Below are positions 18,276-27,437 of a stretch of DNA of 62,642 bases, in pieces. Both the position numbers and the translations under genes were made by a program. The notes beneath the pieces were generated by a model. The model was given only the letters and a program-made list of their open reading frames with translations. It searched no databases and was not told the DNA's origin. Source of the stretch: a virus (Duplodnaviria > Caudoviricetes); the IMG/VR virus record IMGVR_UViG_3300046007_010469, positions 1 to 62,642 of that record; one strand, 5' to 3'. Numbering within the stretch: position 1 is the stretch's first letter; each line of letters opens with the position of its first letter.

Positions 18276-18521
18276 ATGAGTATATATACTATGAACACCT
18301 CTTGGGCGGTGTTATCTAACTCGGCTACCGTAGCTTTTCAAGTTGTGGGAGCTCATCCTGTGGAGATTGGACTAGGCACGAATAATGTCGCGCCTAGTGC
18401 CGGATTCATCTATGCCCCTGGATATGGCGATCGAGGTGCGATTACCACCCTGTTTCCGACGGAGAGCGGTAATACGATTTGGGGTCGATCTAGTGCTGGG
18501 TCTAGCGTCTACGTCGGTTAA
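18276..18521 (+). CDS. Small beta-rich protein, possibly virion
   Basis: AGGAG RBS; operonic with the LamG gene. Confidence 0.6.
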   Translation: MSIYTMNTSWAVLSNSATVAFQVVGAHPVEIGLGTNNVAPSAGFIYAPGYGDRGAITTLFPTESGNTIWGRSSAGSSVYVG

Positions 18522-18757
18522 GCTTCACACAGCGTTCTGAGTTCTCGCAGCGTGTTGGCCGTGTCCGGTTGTAGCTTTGTCACGCTGCGGGTGATCGGAG
18601 TTCCAGTGTCGGAATATCCGAGGACGGCTTCCCAGACGCATTCGTGCACATTCGAGTAAATGTTGAGAGCAATCACATTGTGCTGAAACCAGCGTGCTTC
18701 CGGCAGGTCGATTTGAATTGGGGTAACGTCGAGGATTGTGTGGAGTAGGGCTTTCAT
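18518..18757 (-). CDS. Hypothetical protein
   Basis: Overlap-coupled to the upstream HNH gene. Confidence 0.5.
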   Translation of the reverse strand: MKALLHTILDVTPIQIDLPEARWFQHNVIALNIYSNVHECVWEAVLGYSDTGTPITRSVTKLQPDTANTLRELRTLCEA

Positions 18758-19710
18758 AGTGTTCCTGTAAAGTTGTATGAGTGGATGGCTTTTAGTTGTA
18801 GATTGTGTGCGGCACGTTGCAGTGCCGGATTAGCATTTGGGTAGGCGTCATAGAGTTCGTCTAGTGTTGCCTGCTCCTCATCTGTAAAAGTATAGACGGG
18901 TTTGTACCTTTGAATCGCAGATTCATATGCGGCTCGGGCTTGCTCTTCTGTGTCAAAGGTACCTAATTGTATTTGTTTACCTTGTATTGATATCGTAGAC
19001 TGGTACTTACCTGAGTTAATTCTAAAGTTAAAACGTTTTGCTGGTGCAGCAGCCTGGACGTTAAAACTAGAATCAGCTAATCGTAGATTCTTGATACAGT
19101 TATTGTTTTTACAGCCATCAATGTGGTCAATCTGATAGTTGACAGGGTCCACTCCGTAGTAGAGTAGCCAAGAGATTCTGTGTGCTTTATAACGAAGTCT
19201 GCATCCGTCAATACTTACCTTAACATCGACATATCCCCGACTATTAGTATATCCTGCTATGGTATTAGCATATCTAGCATCCCAACTCTTATTTCCCCTA
19301 GGGTTCCAAAACAGCTCTCCTGTTTTGTGGTCGTAGCGGAGCAATTCAAAACACTCTGTAGGAATTGGTTTATAACTTTGCGCCTTACCACTAGGAGCCG
19401 CACTTACTTTCGCATCTATATCATGCATCGGTACTAGGTTAGAAATCGAGTAATCAAGCGAGTCCTTATTTACATAACGCAGCTTATCTACTTCAGTTCC
19501 GTGATACATCTTGTACAGAATATACGCCGTAGAGTAGGTTTTACCATGTATACGAAGTTCTCTAGAGAGGCTCTTATTAGCGTACCTAGCGTTAAAACCT
19601 TTCCAGGCAGGTCCATAACTCTCGTCTACCGTTTTCCAGCGAGCTTCACCTGTTTCGGGATTATAGTAAATCCTGGACTGTAAATAGCTTTGAGAAGGTA
19701 GTTTAGACAT
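18754..19710 (-). CDS. HNH homing endonuclease with duplicated N-terminal module and AP2-like domain
   Basis: YxPETG/YDHKTG repeats, AHR..W, IDHIDG.K.NN...NLR, LGTFDT.EQA. Confidence 0.85.
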   Translation of the reverse strand: MSKLPSQSYLQSRIYYNPETGEARWKTVDESYGPAWKGFNARYANKSLSRELRIHGKTYSTAYILYKMYHGTEVDKLRYVNKDSLDYSISNLVPMHDIDAKVSAAPSGKAQSYKPIPTECFELLRYDHKTGELFWNPRGNKSWDARYANTIAGYTNSRGYVDVKVSIDGCRLRYKAHRISWLLYYGVDPVNYQIDHIDGCKNNNCIKNLRLADSSFNVQAAAPAKRFNFRINSGKYQSTISIQGKQIQLGTFDTEEQARAAYESAIQRYKPVYTFTDEEQATLDELYDAYPNANPALQRAAHNLQLKAIHSYNFTGTL

Positions 19711-19763
19711 TAGTTAGTCCCTATTTTCAAAAGGTGTGCGATAGCCCGATGCGTTCTGGTGCG

Positions 19764-19949
19764 TCAGTCATAGTGTGCCTCCATGCACTGTACTTTCGCT
19801 GAATCTGTAGCCATCTTAGCACACGTATCCCAAGGTGTCAACGCAAAAACGGCTTGCCAGAGGACGTATCCAGCAAGCATTATCGCAGCGGCTACAGCAA
19901 ACATAATTATATAAAAGAGTCCTGTTAGGACTTCACCAACGTTAAACAT
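19764..19949 (-). CDS. Small membrane protein
   Basis: TM helix; chain of overlapping ORFs. Confidence 0.5.
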   Translation of the reverse strand: MFNVGEVLTGLFYIIMFAVAAAIMLAGYVLWQAVFALTPWDTCAKMATDSAKVQCMEAHYD

Positions 19950-20127
19950 TATCTAGTCCTAACAGTTTACGAGCTTCTGTAATGCGCTGGCTCCAGAGTT
20001 CGTGTGGCAGTCGTTCGCCGTGTGGGTCTTTGACGAGACCCATCGCTTCAGCAGCCAACATACGAGCTAGGGGCTCTACCCGTTCTTCGAGCCAGTTACG
20101 ATCAAATGTAGTGCTATTATCTTCCAT
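19942..20127 (-). CDS. Hypothetical protein
   Basis: Overlapping ORF chain. Confidence 0.5.
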   Translation of the reverse strand: MEDNSTTFDRNWLEERVEPLARMLAAEAMGLVKDPHGERLPHELWSQRITEARKLLGLDNV

Positions 20128-20335
20128 AGTACTGCAACACAGCGCGCAAGTGAACCAGATCTTGCTTCCAACGTGCGATATCTTCTAGCTCCAGACGGTC
20201 ATAGGCCCGCGATTCATACTCTCGTATGAGTTCTTCTGTCACCTCAATCGAGTTACGCAGTTTATCACAAATTAGCGCCTCAAGAAAGTCACTCTGCAGA
20301 AAGGCACGCACAAACTCATTGGCATTCATCACCAC
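20117..20335 (-). CDS. Hypothetical protein
   Basis: GAGGAG RBS. Confidence 0.55.
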   Translation of the reverse strand: MVMNANEFVRAFLQSDFLEALICDKLRNSIEVTEELIREYESRAYDRLELEDIARWKQDLVHLRAVLQYYGR

Positions 20336-20532
20336 GCACTCCTCTTAATCTCTTCACGATACTCATGAATAGGGCGCACCCAGGTTAACACTGCATCAAT
20401 CGCCTCTTCGAGGCTGCCACAGCCTTCGATAATCGCTTCAATCTCTGCGGGCGTGAGTGTTTCGACAATGATATCACAACCATCTTCTTCATAGTGGTCT
20501 ACGCAAAATTGAATAACATCTCTAGCGCTCAT
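20329..20532 (-). CDS. Hypothetical protein
   Basis: GAGGAG RBS; promoter TTGCAT-N17-TATATT upstream. Confidence 0.6.
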   Translation of the reverse strand: MSARDVIQFCVDHYEEDGCDIIVETLTPAEIEAIIEGCGSLEEAIDAVLTWVRPIHEYREEIKRSAW

Positions 20533-20640
20533 GGCTGTTCTCCTCTGTATGTTTTAATATAGTGTATTTTGAGCAACTATGCAAAAGAAAAAGAGGCCGC
20601 AGCGCTGCAGCCTCTCTCTTTATTGCAATTTTTTGTACTA

Positions 20641-21021
20641 TCAGAAGTTGAGTGAAAATCCAACGAGCGTACGAGTATAGGTCCAATCTGAGTCAAAACC
20701 GGCTTCAAGATAAAGCTCGGCACCCATTGGTCCGATTGGGGGAAGTGCGTAGTCGGCTCCTAGATTGATACCCGTGAAGGCATCCCCGTTAAGGTTCAGG
20801 TTAGTGCCGTCATAGACGTTGAGGTCAGTTCCGGCCCACAGAGCCAAACCGTTCATAGGCTTGTAGACAATCTCAGGAGACACTGTCGTAGTGAAGAGTT
20901 CAGTAGCAGTGCTATACTCTCCGTCGATAGAGGTGTTAAGAGCAAGACTCGAATTGAGTTCAATAGCAGAGGCTGAAGTGGCAGTCAGCACTAGAGCTGC
21001 AGCGGCAAGAGTTGTTTTCAT
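20641..21021 (-). CDS. Small outer-membrane beta-barrel-like protein
   Basis: Signal peptide, amphipathic strands, C-terminal Phe (GFSLNF). Confidence 0.65.
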   Translation of the reverse strand: MKTTLAAAALVLTATSASAIELNSSLALNTSIDGEYSTATELFTTTVSPEIVYKPMNGLALWAGTDLNVYDGTNLNLNGDAFTGINLGADYALPPIGPMGAELYLEAGFDSDWTYTRTLVGFSLNF

Positions 21022-21161
21022 GTAAGTTTCCTTTCTATATGTTGCAATCTGTTAAGGTCGATTGTTTACCTAATCTTAATATAACATAGAATCAGTCTCT
21101 TGTCAACTGCTTCTGAGATAAATTTTGCAGGTGTGACAAAAATGTCACACCTGCAAAAGTG

Positions 21162-22169
21162 TTAGTTACCTGAGATGACTTGAAGTTGTACGTCAGCGCG
21201 CATTTCATCACTGAGAGCTACGAGACCACGCTCAGAAAGGTATCCGTCTTTTGAGAGCGCAGCATCACTCATATACTCTTCAATGAACTCTTGCAGACCG
21301 GGAATAACTCCACGATGTGCGTTCTTGACGTAGAAGTAGAGCGGGCGAGAGATAGGATACGACCCATCACCGATGCTATCAAGGCTAGGCTCTACACCGT
21401 CGATGTTAACACCCTTGAGCTTGTCAAGGTTTTCATAGAGAAATGAGTAGCCAAAGATTCCCAGAGCGTTGACATCTGCTTCGAGACGCTGAACGATAAG
21501 ATTGTCATTCTCGCCGGCTTCAACAAACGCACCGTCCTGTCTCATGCCCGAACAGTTCTCAGCAATCCAGTCCTTATCAAATTTGCCTTCTACAACATGC
21601 GGCAACTTAGCACAACCGGCATGCATTGCAAGTTCTACAAAGGCGTCACGTGTTCCTGAAGTAGGAGGCGGACCATAAACTAAAATAGGATTTGCAGGCA
21701 AAGCTGCATTAATCTCGTTCCAAGTTTTATATGGATTTGCAACCCACTCTCCGTTTACCGGAACTTGTGCTGCCAGTGCAAGATAAACTTCTTCAAGTGT
21801 AAGATCCCAGTTAAAGTCGTTTGCTCTAGAACCACTAATTGACAGTCCGTCATATCCAATCAGCGCTTCTGAAATATCAGTTACACCGTTTTGTGTGCAG
21901 AGTTCGGTTTCTGAACTTTTGATTGCTCTGCTGGCTCCGGTAAGATCAGGGGTATCTTGGCCAATGCCTTTGCAAAACTCTTTAAAACCACCGCCAGTTC
22001 CAGTGGACTCGACGATAGGGGCTGTATATCCAAGATTAGAGAAGTTTTCTGCTACGGCTTGGGTATAAGGAAATACGGTGCTAGATCCAACGATACGAAT
22101 CTGGTCTCTAGCGTATGCAGTGCCGGCAATCATGATTGAGGCAGCTGTAAGGGCTACTAGTGTTTTCAT
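21162..22169 (-). CDS. pstS: Phosphate ABC transporter substrate-binding protein
   Basis: IVGSSTVFP, STGTGGG, GPPPTSGTRDAF, YPISRPLYFY; signal peptide. Confidence 0.95.
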   Translation of the reverse strand: MKTLVALTAASIMIAGTAYARDQIRIVGSSTVFPYTQAVAENFSNLGYTAPIVESTGTGGGFKEFCKGIGQDTPDLTGASRAIKSSETELCTQNGVTDISEALIGYDGLSISGSRANDFNWDLTLEEVYLALAAQVPVNGEWVANPYKTWNEINAALPANPILVYGPPPTSGTRDAFVELAMHAGCAKLPHVVEGKFDKDWIAENCSGMRQDGAFVEAGENDNLIVQRLEADVNALGIFGYSFLYENLDKLKGVNIDGVEPSLDSIGDGSYPISRPLYFYVKNAHRGVIPGLQEFIEEYMSDAALSKDGYLSERGLVALSDEMRADVQLQVISGN

Positions 22170-22208
22170 AAATCTCTCCTATAGGTTATCGCATCTCTGC
22201 GTATATTC

Positions 22209-22251
22209 ACTATAACAGAAATTTGTAACAGTTTTGTAACTATTTTGTGTC
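22209..22251 (-). promoter_or_regulatory. Pho-box-like promoter for pstS
   Basis: Reverse complement shows 11-bp-phased TAGTTAC-aaaa-CTGTTAC repeats followed by TGT-TATAGT -10. Confidence 0.6.
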
Positions 22252-22272
22252 GGAGGGCAATTATTTTTTAAT

Positions 22273-23268
22273 TTATTTTACCGGTACCAGAGCGTCTCGA
22301 AAAATATCCCAGGCTCGTTCCCAACTCCAGCGTAGACTACTTTGATATACACAAGTTCTATCTAGTAAGAGTGCTTGCTGCACTGCAAGGTCTAAAAATT
22401 CGTGCAGTACTCCTGTCACTCCATCATCTACTACATCTAGAGGTCCTTGTACGGGATAGGCTGCTACTGGAGTGCCACAGGCCATTGCTTCAATCATAAC
22501 CAACCCAAAGGTATCCCAACGACTTGGAAATACAAACACGTCTGCTTGTTGGTAGTAATATGCTAGTTCTGCTCCACGCTTTGCTCCGACAAAGTCAACA
22601 TTTGAGTACTTCTGTTTGTACTCTGCAAGCTTTGGTCCCTCTCCTACCATAATTTTCTTAGTACCTGGGCAGTCTAAGTTAAAAAATGCCTCGAGGTTCT
22701 TCTCTGCGCTCACTCGGCTAACACATAGGAGAACTGTTTTGCTGTTGCCATTTCTAACTGCCGGCTTAAAGAGACTACGGTCTACTCCTCGAGTCCATGA
22801 AACTACGTTATCCTTAAATCCGTGGTTACGTAACTCTGTTACCATGCTGTCAGTTGTAGTTAGTACTCTATTTGAATTTGAGTGAAACCAACGTATGAGA
22901 GGCCAGGTAATAGTTTCTGGTACTCCGAATAGCGCTTTTAACCCTTCAGGAAACTTAGTGTGGTAAGCAGTATTGTAACGATACCCACGTACTGTAAAAT
23001 ACCTTCGAGCAAACAGACCAAGAGGACCTTCTGTGGCGATGTGTATATAATCCGGAGCAATCGCCTCGATCTCCGCCCCCATCCCTGCGGGATAGGCAAG
23101 TTTGACTTCGTTATAGCGAGGGCAATCAACATAGCGGTACCGCCCGGGGTGAATATAACTAACGTTATAACCATCACGAGCCGCATACGGTTCAATATTT
23201 TTGTAGGTAGTGACAACACCGTTAATCTGCGTCGGAAGATTGTCCGTGACTATCAGTATCTGTTTCAT
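22273..23268 (-). CDS. GT4 glycosyltransferase (Agt-like glycolipid synthase)
   Basis: PQINGVV-like start, HIATEGPLG, YHTKFPE, DTFGLVMIEAMACGTPVAAYPV. Confidence 0.85.
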   Translation of the reverse strand: MKQILIVTDNLPTQINGVVTTYKNIEPYAARDGYNVSYIHPGRYRYVDCPRYNEVKLAYPAGMGAEIEAIAPDYIHIATEGPLGLFARRYFTVRGYRYNTAYHTKFPEGLKALFGVPETITWPLIRWFHSNSNRVLTTTDSMVTELRNHGFKDNVVSWTRGVDRSLFKPAVRNGNSKTVLLCVSRVSAEKNLEAFFNLDCPGTKKIMVGEGPKLAEYKQKYSNVDFVGAKRGAELAYYYQQADVFVFPSRWDTFGLVMIEAMACGTPVAAYPVQGPLDVVDDGVTGVLHEFLDLAVQQALLLDRTCVYQSSLRWSWERAWDIFRDALVPVK

Positions 23269-23992
23269 AATAAACTAATTCCCACCTTCCATCTAAATGT
23301 TCTAAGAGTGCGGTACGACTCTCTACCCAATCGCCGTCGTTCATATAGCTTACATCATTGATGCGCTTAATCTCTGCTCGATGAATATGCCCACATATAA
23401 CTCCGTTATACCCCTCACTCTTACAGTACTGTGCTAGGTGTTGCTCATACGAACTAATATACTGCAGAGCCTGTTTAGCATTCTGTTTTAAGTAGTTACT
23501 TAAACTCCAATATTCAAGTTTTAGCAGTTTACGCAGTGAATTTAACTGTAGGTTTAGCCAGATAGAAAAATTATACAGAGAGTCGCCAACGTGCATTAAC
23601 CACTTATGGTCAATCATTAGAGAGTCAAAAAAATCGCCATGTATGACTAGATAACGGTTACCGTCTAACCCTACATAGTCATAGCGGTCTAGCAGTTTGA
23701 TATTACCGAGTTCGAGTTCAAAGGGCAAAAACTTCCGTAGAGCTTCATCATGATTACCAAGTATGTAGTAGACTGCTGTACCACGTTTTGCCGCAGTTAG
23801 AATACGTCTAACTACGTTAGAATGCGATTGAGGCCAGTACCAACGTTGTTTCAGTCTCCAACCGTCAACAATATCTCCCACTAGGAATAAGTTGTCACAG
23901 GTGTATGTTTTTAAAAAAGCGCAGAGAGCGTCTGCGCTGCAACCTCGAGTACCGAGGTGAACATCTGAAATAAAGATACTCTTAACTTTCAC
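23222..23992 (-). CDS. plcP: Calcineurin-like phosphoesterase, PlcP/LpxH-like phospholipase C
   Basis: ISDVHLG, GDIVDGW, GNHDE, HGD.FD, CGHIH, NDGDWVES; coupled to GT4 gene; GTG start inferred. Confidence 0.75.
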   Translation of the reverse strand: MKVKSIFISDVHLGTRGCSADALCAFLKTYTCDNLFLVGDIVDGWRLKQRWYWPQSHSNVVRRILTAAKRGTAVYYILGNHDEALRKFLPFELELGNIKLLDRYDYVGLDGNRYLVIHGDFFDSLMIDHKWLMHVGDSLYNFSIWLNLQLNSLRKLLKLEYWSLSNYLKQNAKQALQYISSYEQHLAQYCKSEGYNGVICGHIHRAEIKRINDVSYMNDGDWVESRTALLEHLDGRWELVYYETDTDSHGQSSDAD

Positions 23993-24214
23993 GAGGCGGT
24001 TTCTCTTTTTGCTCTCGAACACGCTTATCTTTTTGCTCACACAAACAGTGGTCGCAAAAGGCAGAACCGTATTCCGCACAGCGCTTGCAAGGTGGGCGTT
24101 CTTTTTCTACTGACATAAATCTTCATACCGAGTAGTATACACTCTGTGAGTGCTAAGGTCTTTATGAGTTTTTTTAAATAGCGCTTCTAACAGTGTTTTC
24201 ATTTTATTCCTCTA

Positions 24215-24505
24215 AGTGCCCCACTTCTGTTGCTAGGCAGGGGCCTCCCCCTTACATTAGGCTGCTAGAGCCTGTGCAGAAGGTGCAAAGTTATCGTTTG
24301 CAGTTGTTGGTTTCTTGCGGTTACAGTCGCTTGCGCACTGGCTCCTAGTTTCCTTTTTCACACCTGTCGATCCCATTTCGGCCCCATCAAAGATACACTG
24401 TCATTACCACCATGCTCCCCCGCTTTACAGGGGCTATGTCTGTTCAGTTTATCTATGGTGGAGCCGTCGGCTTCGAAGCCGAGTCCAGCCTGTGTCTGAT
24501 TTACG
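24215..24505 (-). ncRNA. ssrA: Permuted two-piece tmRNA; tag (A)ANDNFAPSAQALAA
   Basis: T-arm/ACCA piece ends at 24456 and precedes the 5' piece GGGGCCGAAATGGGATCGAC starting at 24385; tag frame 24301-24257; outer boundaries approximate. Confidence 0.9.
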
Positions 24506-25154
24506 TCATCAGAGCTTGTACTTTTTCTTTTTGCAGTAATTCTGAGTGCATACCTTGATGTATTTCTCTGTGGCAATTAGCACACACGATTATACATTTG
24601 AGTAGCTCTTCCATTAAAATATGTTTTTCTGAGTGCCTCAAGTCAGATATTTTATACTCTTTTTTATCGGGGTCAAGATGATGAAAATCTAGTGCTGCTT
24701 TACATCTATCATACCCGCATATTTTACAAGAATAGTAACCCAATATTTTTAAAACAATCTCATATTTTTTAGTAGCTTCATTAGTAGCTATGCACTGGCG
24801 ACAATGTGCTCTGTAAAGTCTTTTTCCGTTACGGCTATGACCCGCGGTATAAAAACTGTCAAGAGGGAGTTCTTTTTTACAAGTGTTGCAGGTTTTTAAA
24901 GTATCAACCTCTACACCTAATATAGTTTTACGATACTGTTTCATAAAGTACGTGTTAAACGACGTAGCCACCGACTTATCAGACGGTTTTCCAAATATAG
25001 CTATAAGACCTCTACTAACTGCTTTACTGTCAATTTTATCTATTAAATAAGTACTAGGAGAGACATCTGTTTGTAGCACTGCTTCTAATACTAATTCATA
25101 ATTTTTTACATCTTTACGTTTAACTTTAGATAGCACAAATTCTTCATATGTCAT
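24501..25154 (-). CDS. HNH endonuclease abutting tmRNA
   Basis: CKICGYDRC.AALDFHHLDP..KE...KCIIVCANCHREIH; own promoter TTGACT-N17-CATAAT. Confidence 0.85.
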   Translation of the reverse strand: MTYEEFVLSKVKRKDVKNYELVLEAVLQTDVSPSTYLIDKIDSKAVSRGLIAIFGKPSDKSVATSFNTYFMKQYRKTILGVEVDTLKTCNTCKKELPLDSFYTAGHSRNGKRLYRAHCRQCIATNEATKKYEIVLKILGYYSCKICGYDRCKAALDFHHLDPDKKEYKISDLRHSEKHILMEELLKCIIVCANCHREIHQGMHSELLQKEKVQALMT

Positions 25155-25207
25155 GGTATTTTTCTTAATATATTATGACACTTAGACCCCTAAAAGTCAA
25201 GCTTTTT

Positions 25208-25390
25208 TTACATATAAGTTCGGAGATCCACTAGAGATATTTCAAAGCGCGGGCGAACGTCAATATTCAATCCGTATACGCCAACCCAGAGAGAGAACCA
25301 TAGCACAGAGTGGTATGACGCTTTTTCTCCAAGGTGCCCTACAGAGATAAATCCTTTGAGATACTCTGTAACATTAATTTCATCTTCCAT
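25208..25390 (-). CDS. Hypothetical protein
   Basis: Overlapping ORF chain. Confidence 0.4.
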   Translation of the reverse strand: MEDEINVTEYLKGFISVGHLGEKASYHSVLWFSLWVGVYGLNIDVRPRFEISLVDLRTYM

Positions 25391-25562
25391 CTTTATTCCT
25401 TACTGCACGCAATACAACTTCGTTGTTTCTCAGTTCGATCTCAATTTGCGAACCTTCCTCTAGTCCGAGTGCTTCCACAATCTCTGGCGGGATGCTCATT
25501 AGCACGTTATCATCATTGTACGGGTCGTCGAAAAAGATCTCGTCATAGGAGTAGGTTTTCAC
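25380..25562 (-). CDS. AbrB/MazE-like small protein
   Basis: MSIPPEIVEALGLEEGSQIEIE pattern. Confidence 0.6.
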   Translation of the reverse strand: MKTYSYDEIFFDDPYNDDNVLMSIPPEIVEALGLEEGSQIEIELRNNEVVLRAVRNKDGR

Positions 25563-25744
25563 TAGACGCTCCTGTTAATTGTCACAATCTCGTGCTCTTC
25601 AATCGTTGTTATCACATGTCCGTAGTCACTCTCAAAGCTATGCTCTAATTCATCAATCATTTGATCGAGTTCATCAGGGTCGAGCCGATCTTCGGTTTCA
25701 AGCTTTAAGATGACGGTCATTGCGACTGTATGTTTATAACTCAT
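25562..25744 (-). CDS. Hypothetical protein
   Basis: AGGAG RBS; overlap coupling. Confidence 0.55.
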   Translation of the reverse strand: MSYKHTVAMTVILKLETEDRLDPDELDQMIDELEHSFESDYGHVITTIEEHEIVTINRSV

Positions 25745-26991
25745 TGTAATGTTCTCCTATGTTCTTCTAGTTCTTTCAGCAGCGTGCCGAGTCTCCAATT
25801 TTCGCTCATGTCTACAGGCTCTAGTGTAAAAAACTCACTAGAGATAGCGTGCTTGATGCAGTTCCGGGTGAATGCCAGAGGATATCGAACGCCTGAAGCA
25901 TTCATGCCCGTGTTGACTAAGTAGACATTACAACGGTGCTGCTGTATTCGGTTCATCAGCAGGTTGCTATACTCGTGAATAGGACGCGGCATAAACGGCG
26001 AGCCATAGCACGGTGAGAACACCTTTTTGACTTCGCGCAATCCAGCTTCTGTGCCCGGCATTAGGCTGGTATAGCCGGTCTCGAACAGCAAGCGGATAGT
26101 CTCACCGCGCACCTGACTAATCGGAGGAAGGATGCCCTCTGCATCCATTGCAAGAAAGAAGATGTTGTGAGGGCTTTTAAAGGCAAATGGTGTGTGCGCA
26201 TACGCGTTTTCGACCATCTTCAGCGGATAGCTCAATCGAGCATTTGCCTCGTCGGGATTTTCAACTACAAGACAACCTTCGCTCCTAGCCAGTTCGACAG
26301 CATTGAAGATAGTCGGATGCGTCTCAGGTGACAGCCCCTCGCTCTTGGCATAGCAACCGGACTCGACCATATGTATTCCATTGTCGCTCCAGTACACCTC
26401 GTCGTCGCTAATCAATTGAAAATCTGGGTCAGAGCTCAGAGTCGTCTTACCAGTTCCACTAAGACCGAACATCAGGTTGTTCTGTCCGTTATAGGTAAAC
26501 GCACTACAGTGCATTGGTAAAGTGTTACGACGAGGCAGTTCGAAACCGAGGATGCCGAACACGCCCTTCTTGATTTCACCTAAGTAGGTTGTACCAGCAA
26601 TCAGCATCTCTCGAGCATCAAGATGAACGTAGATGCGTGGATGAGGAACTTCAACCTTCACACTATGAATGATTACCCAGTCTACCTGGTCGAAAGGAGC
26701 TGGGTAATCATAAGAAAGAACACTAAACATATTACGAACAAACTGAGCATGAACGTCGCTGTCTGTCAATACTAGAAAAAGGATTCCACCGCTGTAGAAA
26801 TATAGACGATGCGGGTATGCGTCTGAAATAGGAATACCCATCTTTAGACGGAGAGCAGTAAACTGCCCTTCTGTGCCGACCTTACAGTACTGCGGTCGAT
26901 GAGTACAGAGCTCTCGCGTCGCCTCTCCAAAGAAGACTTTGTGTTCTGGACTACGACCAGAGGGAACGGTTGTTATGTTATAGTTAGGCAT
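25741..26991 (-). CDS. pckA: Phosphoenolpyruvate carboxykinase (ATP), compact form
   Basis: GRSP, Y.GEIKK, PMHCS, FGLSGTGKTTLS, DDE, GCYAK, FSPCYGSPF, YLVNTG. Confidence 0.9.
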   Translation of the reverse strand: MPNYNITTVPSGRSPEHKVFFGEATRELCTHRPQYCKVGTEGQFTALRLKMGIPISDAYPHRLYFYSGGILFLVLTDSDVHAQFVRNMFSVLSYDYPAPFDQVDWVIIHSVKVEVPHPRIYVHLDAREMLIAGTTYLGEIKKGVFGILGFELPRRNTLPMHCSAFTYNGQNNLMFGLSGTGKTTLSSDPDFQLISDDEVYWSDNGIHMVESGCYAKSEGLSPETHPTIFNAVELARSEGCLVVENPDEANARLSYPLKMVENAYAHTPFAFKSPHNIFFLAMDAEGILPPISQVRGETIRLLFETGYTSLMPGTEAGLREVKKVFSPCYGSPFMPRPIHEYSNLLMNRIQQHRCNVYLVNTGMNASGVRYPLAFTRNCIKHAISSEFFTLEPVDMSENWRLGTLLKELEEHRRTLQ

Positions 26992-27125
26992 TGCGATGTT
27001 CCTTCGCACGCTGTTCTAGCAGCGCAATAATTTCTTGTGCAAGAGTCCAGTTCGGAACTCCGCAGTATTCAGGAACCTTATAGCGATCTAGTGTCACTAT
27101 AAGGTCCTGTAGTAGTTGGTGACGA

Positions 27126-27437
27126 CTACGCACGATTGTCTTGCCAACTATCGAGATACCGAATCTTTTGTTCTGTGGTCCAGCCTCGAAGATAGGAGTT
27201 ATCTTCATCAAAGAGTTGCAGGGTCTCTTCTTGTGTCATAATCCTAGAGTCTATAATTTGCTCTCCAAGGTGTTCTTGTGAGAGCTCTTTCACTTCCTCC
27301 ATTGTGACTTCGTCACGGGCCCACTCCAGCAGGTCAGAGTTAGTAGCCTCAACCTCTAAATTAAGACGCCGCAGTTCTTCCACTGGAATGCAATAGCGAT
27401 GCCGAAAAGTCTGAACAGTTGTAACGACTACATACAT
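27126..27437 (-). CDS. Conserved phage hypothetical protein
   Basis: FRHRY...EVKELSQEHLGEQI motif. Confidence 0.65.
   Translation of the reverse strand: MYVVVTTVQTFRHRYCIPVEELRRLNLEVEATNSDLLEWARDEVTMEEVKELSQEHLGEQIIDSRIMTQEETLQLFDEDNSYLRGWTTEQKIRYLDSWQDNRA

Noticed and set aside
24358-24576. 72-aa ORF downstream of the HNH gene
   Set aside because: Overlaps the tmRNA structural pieces
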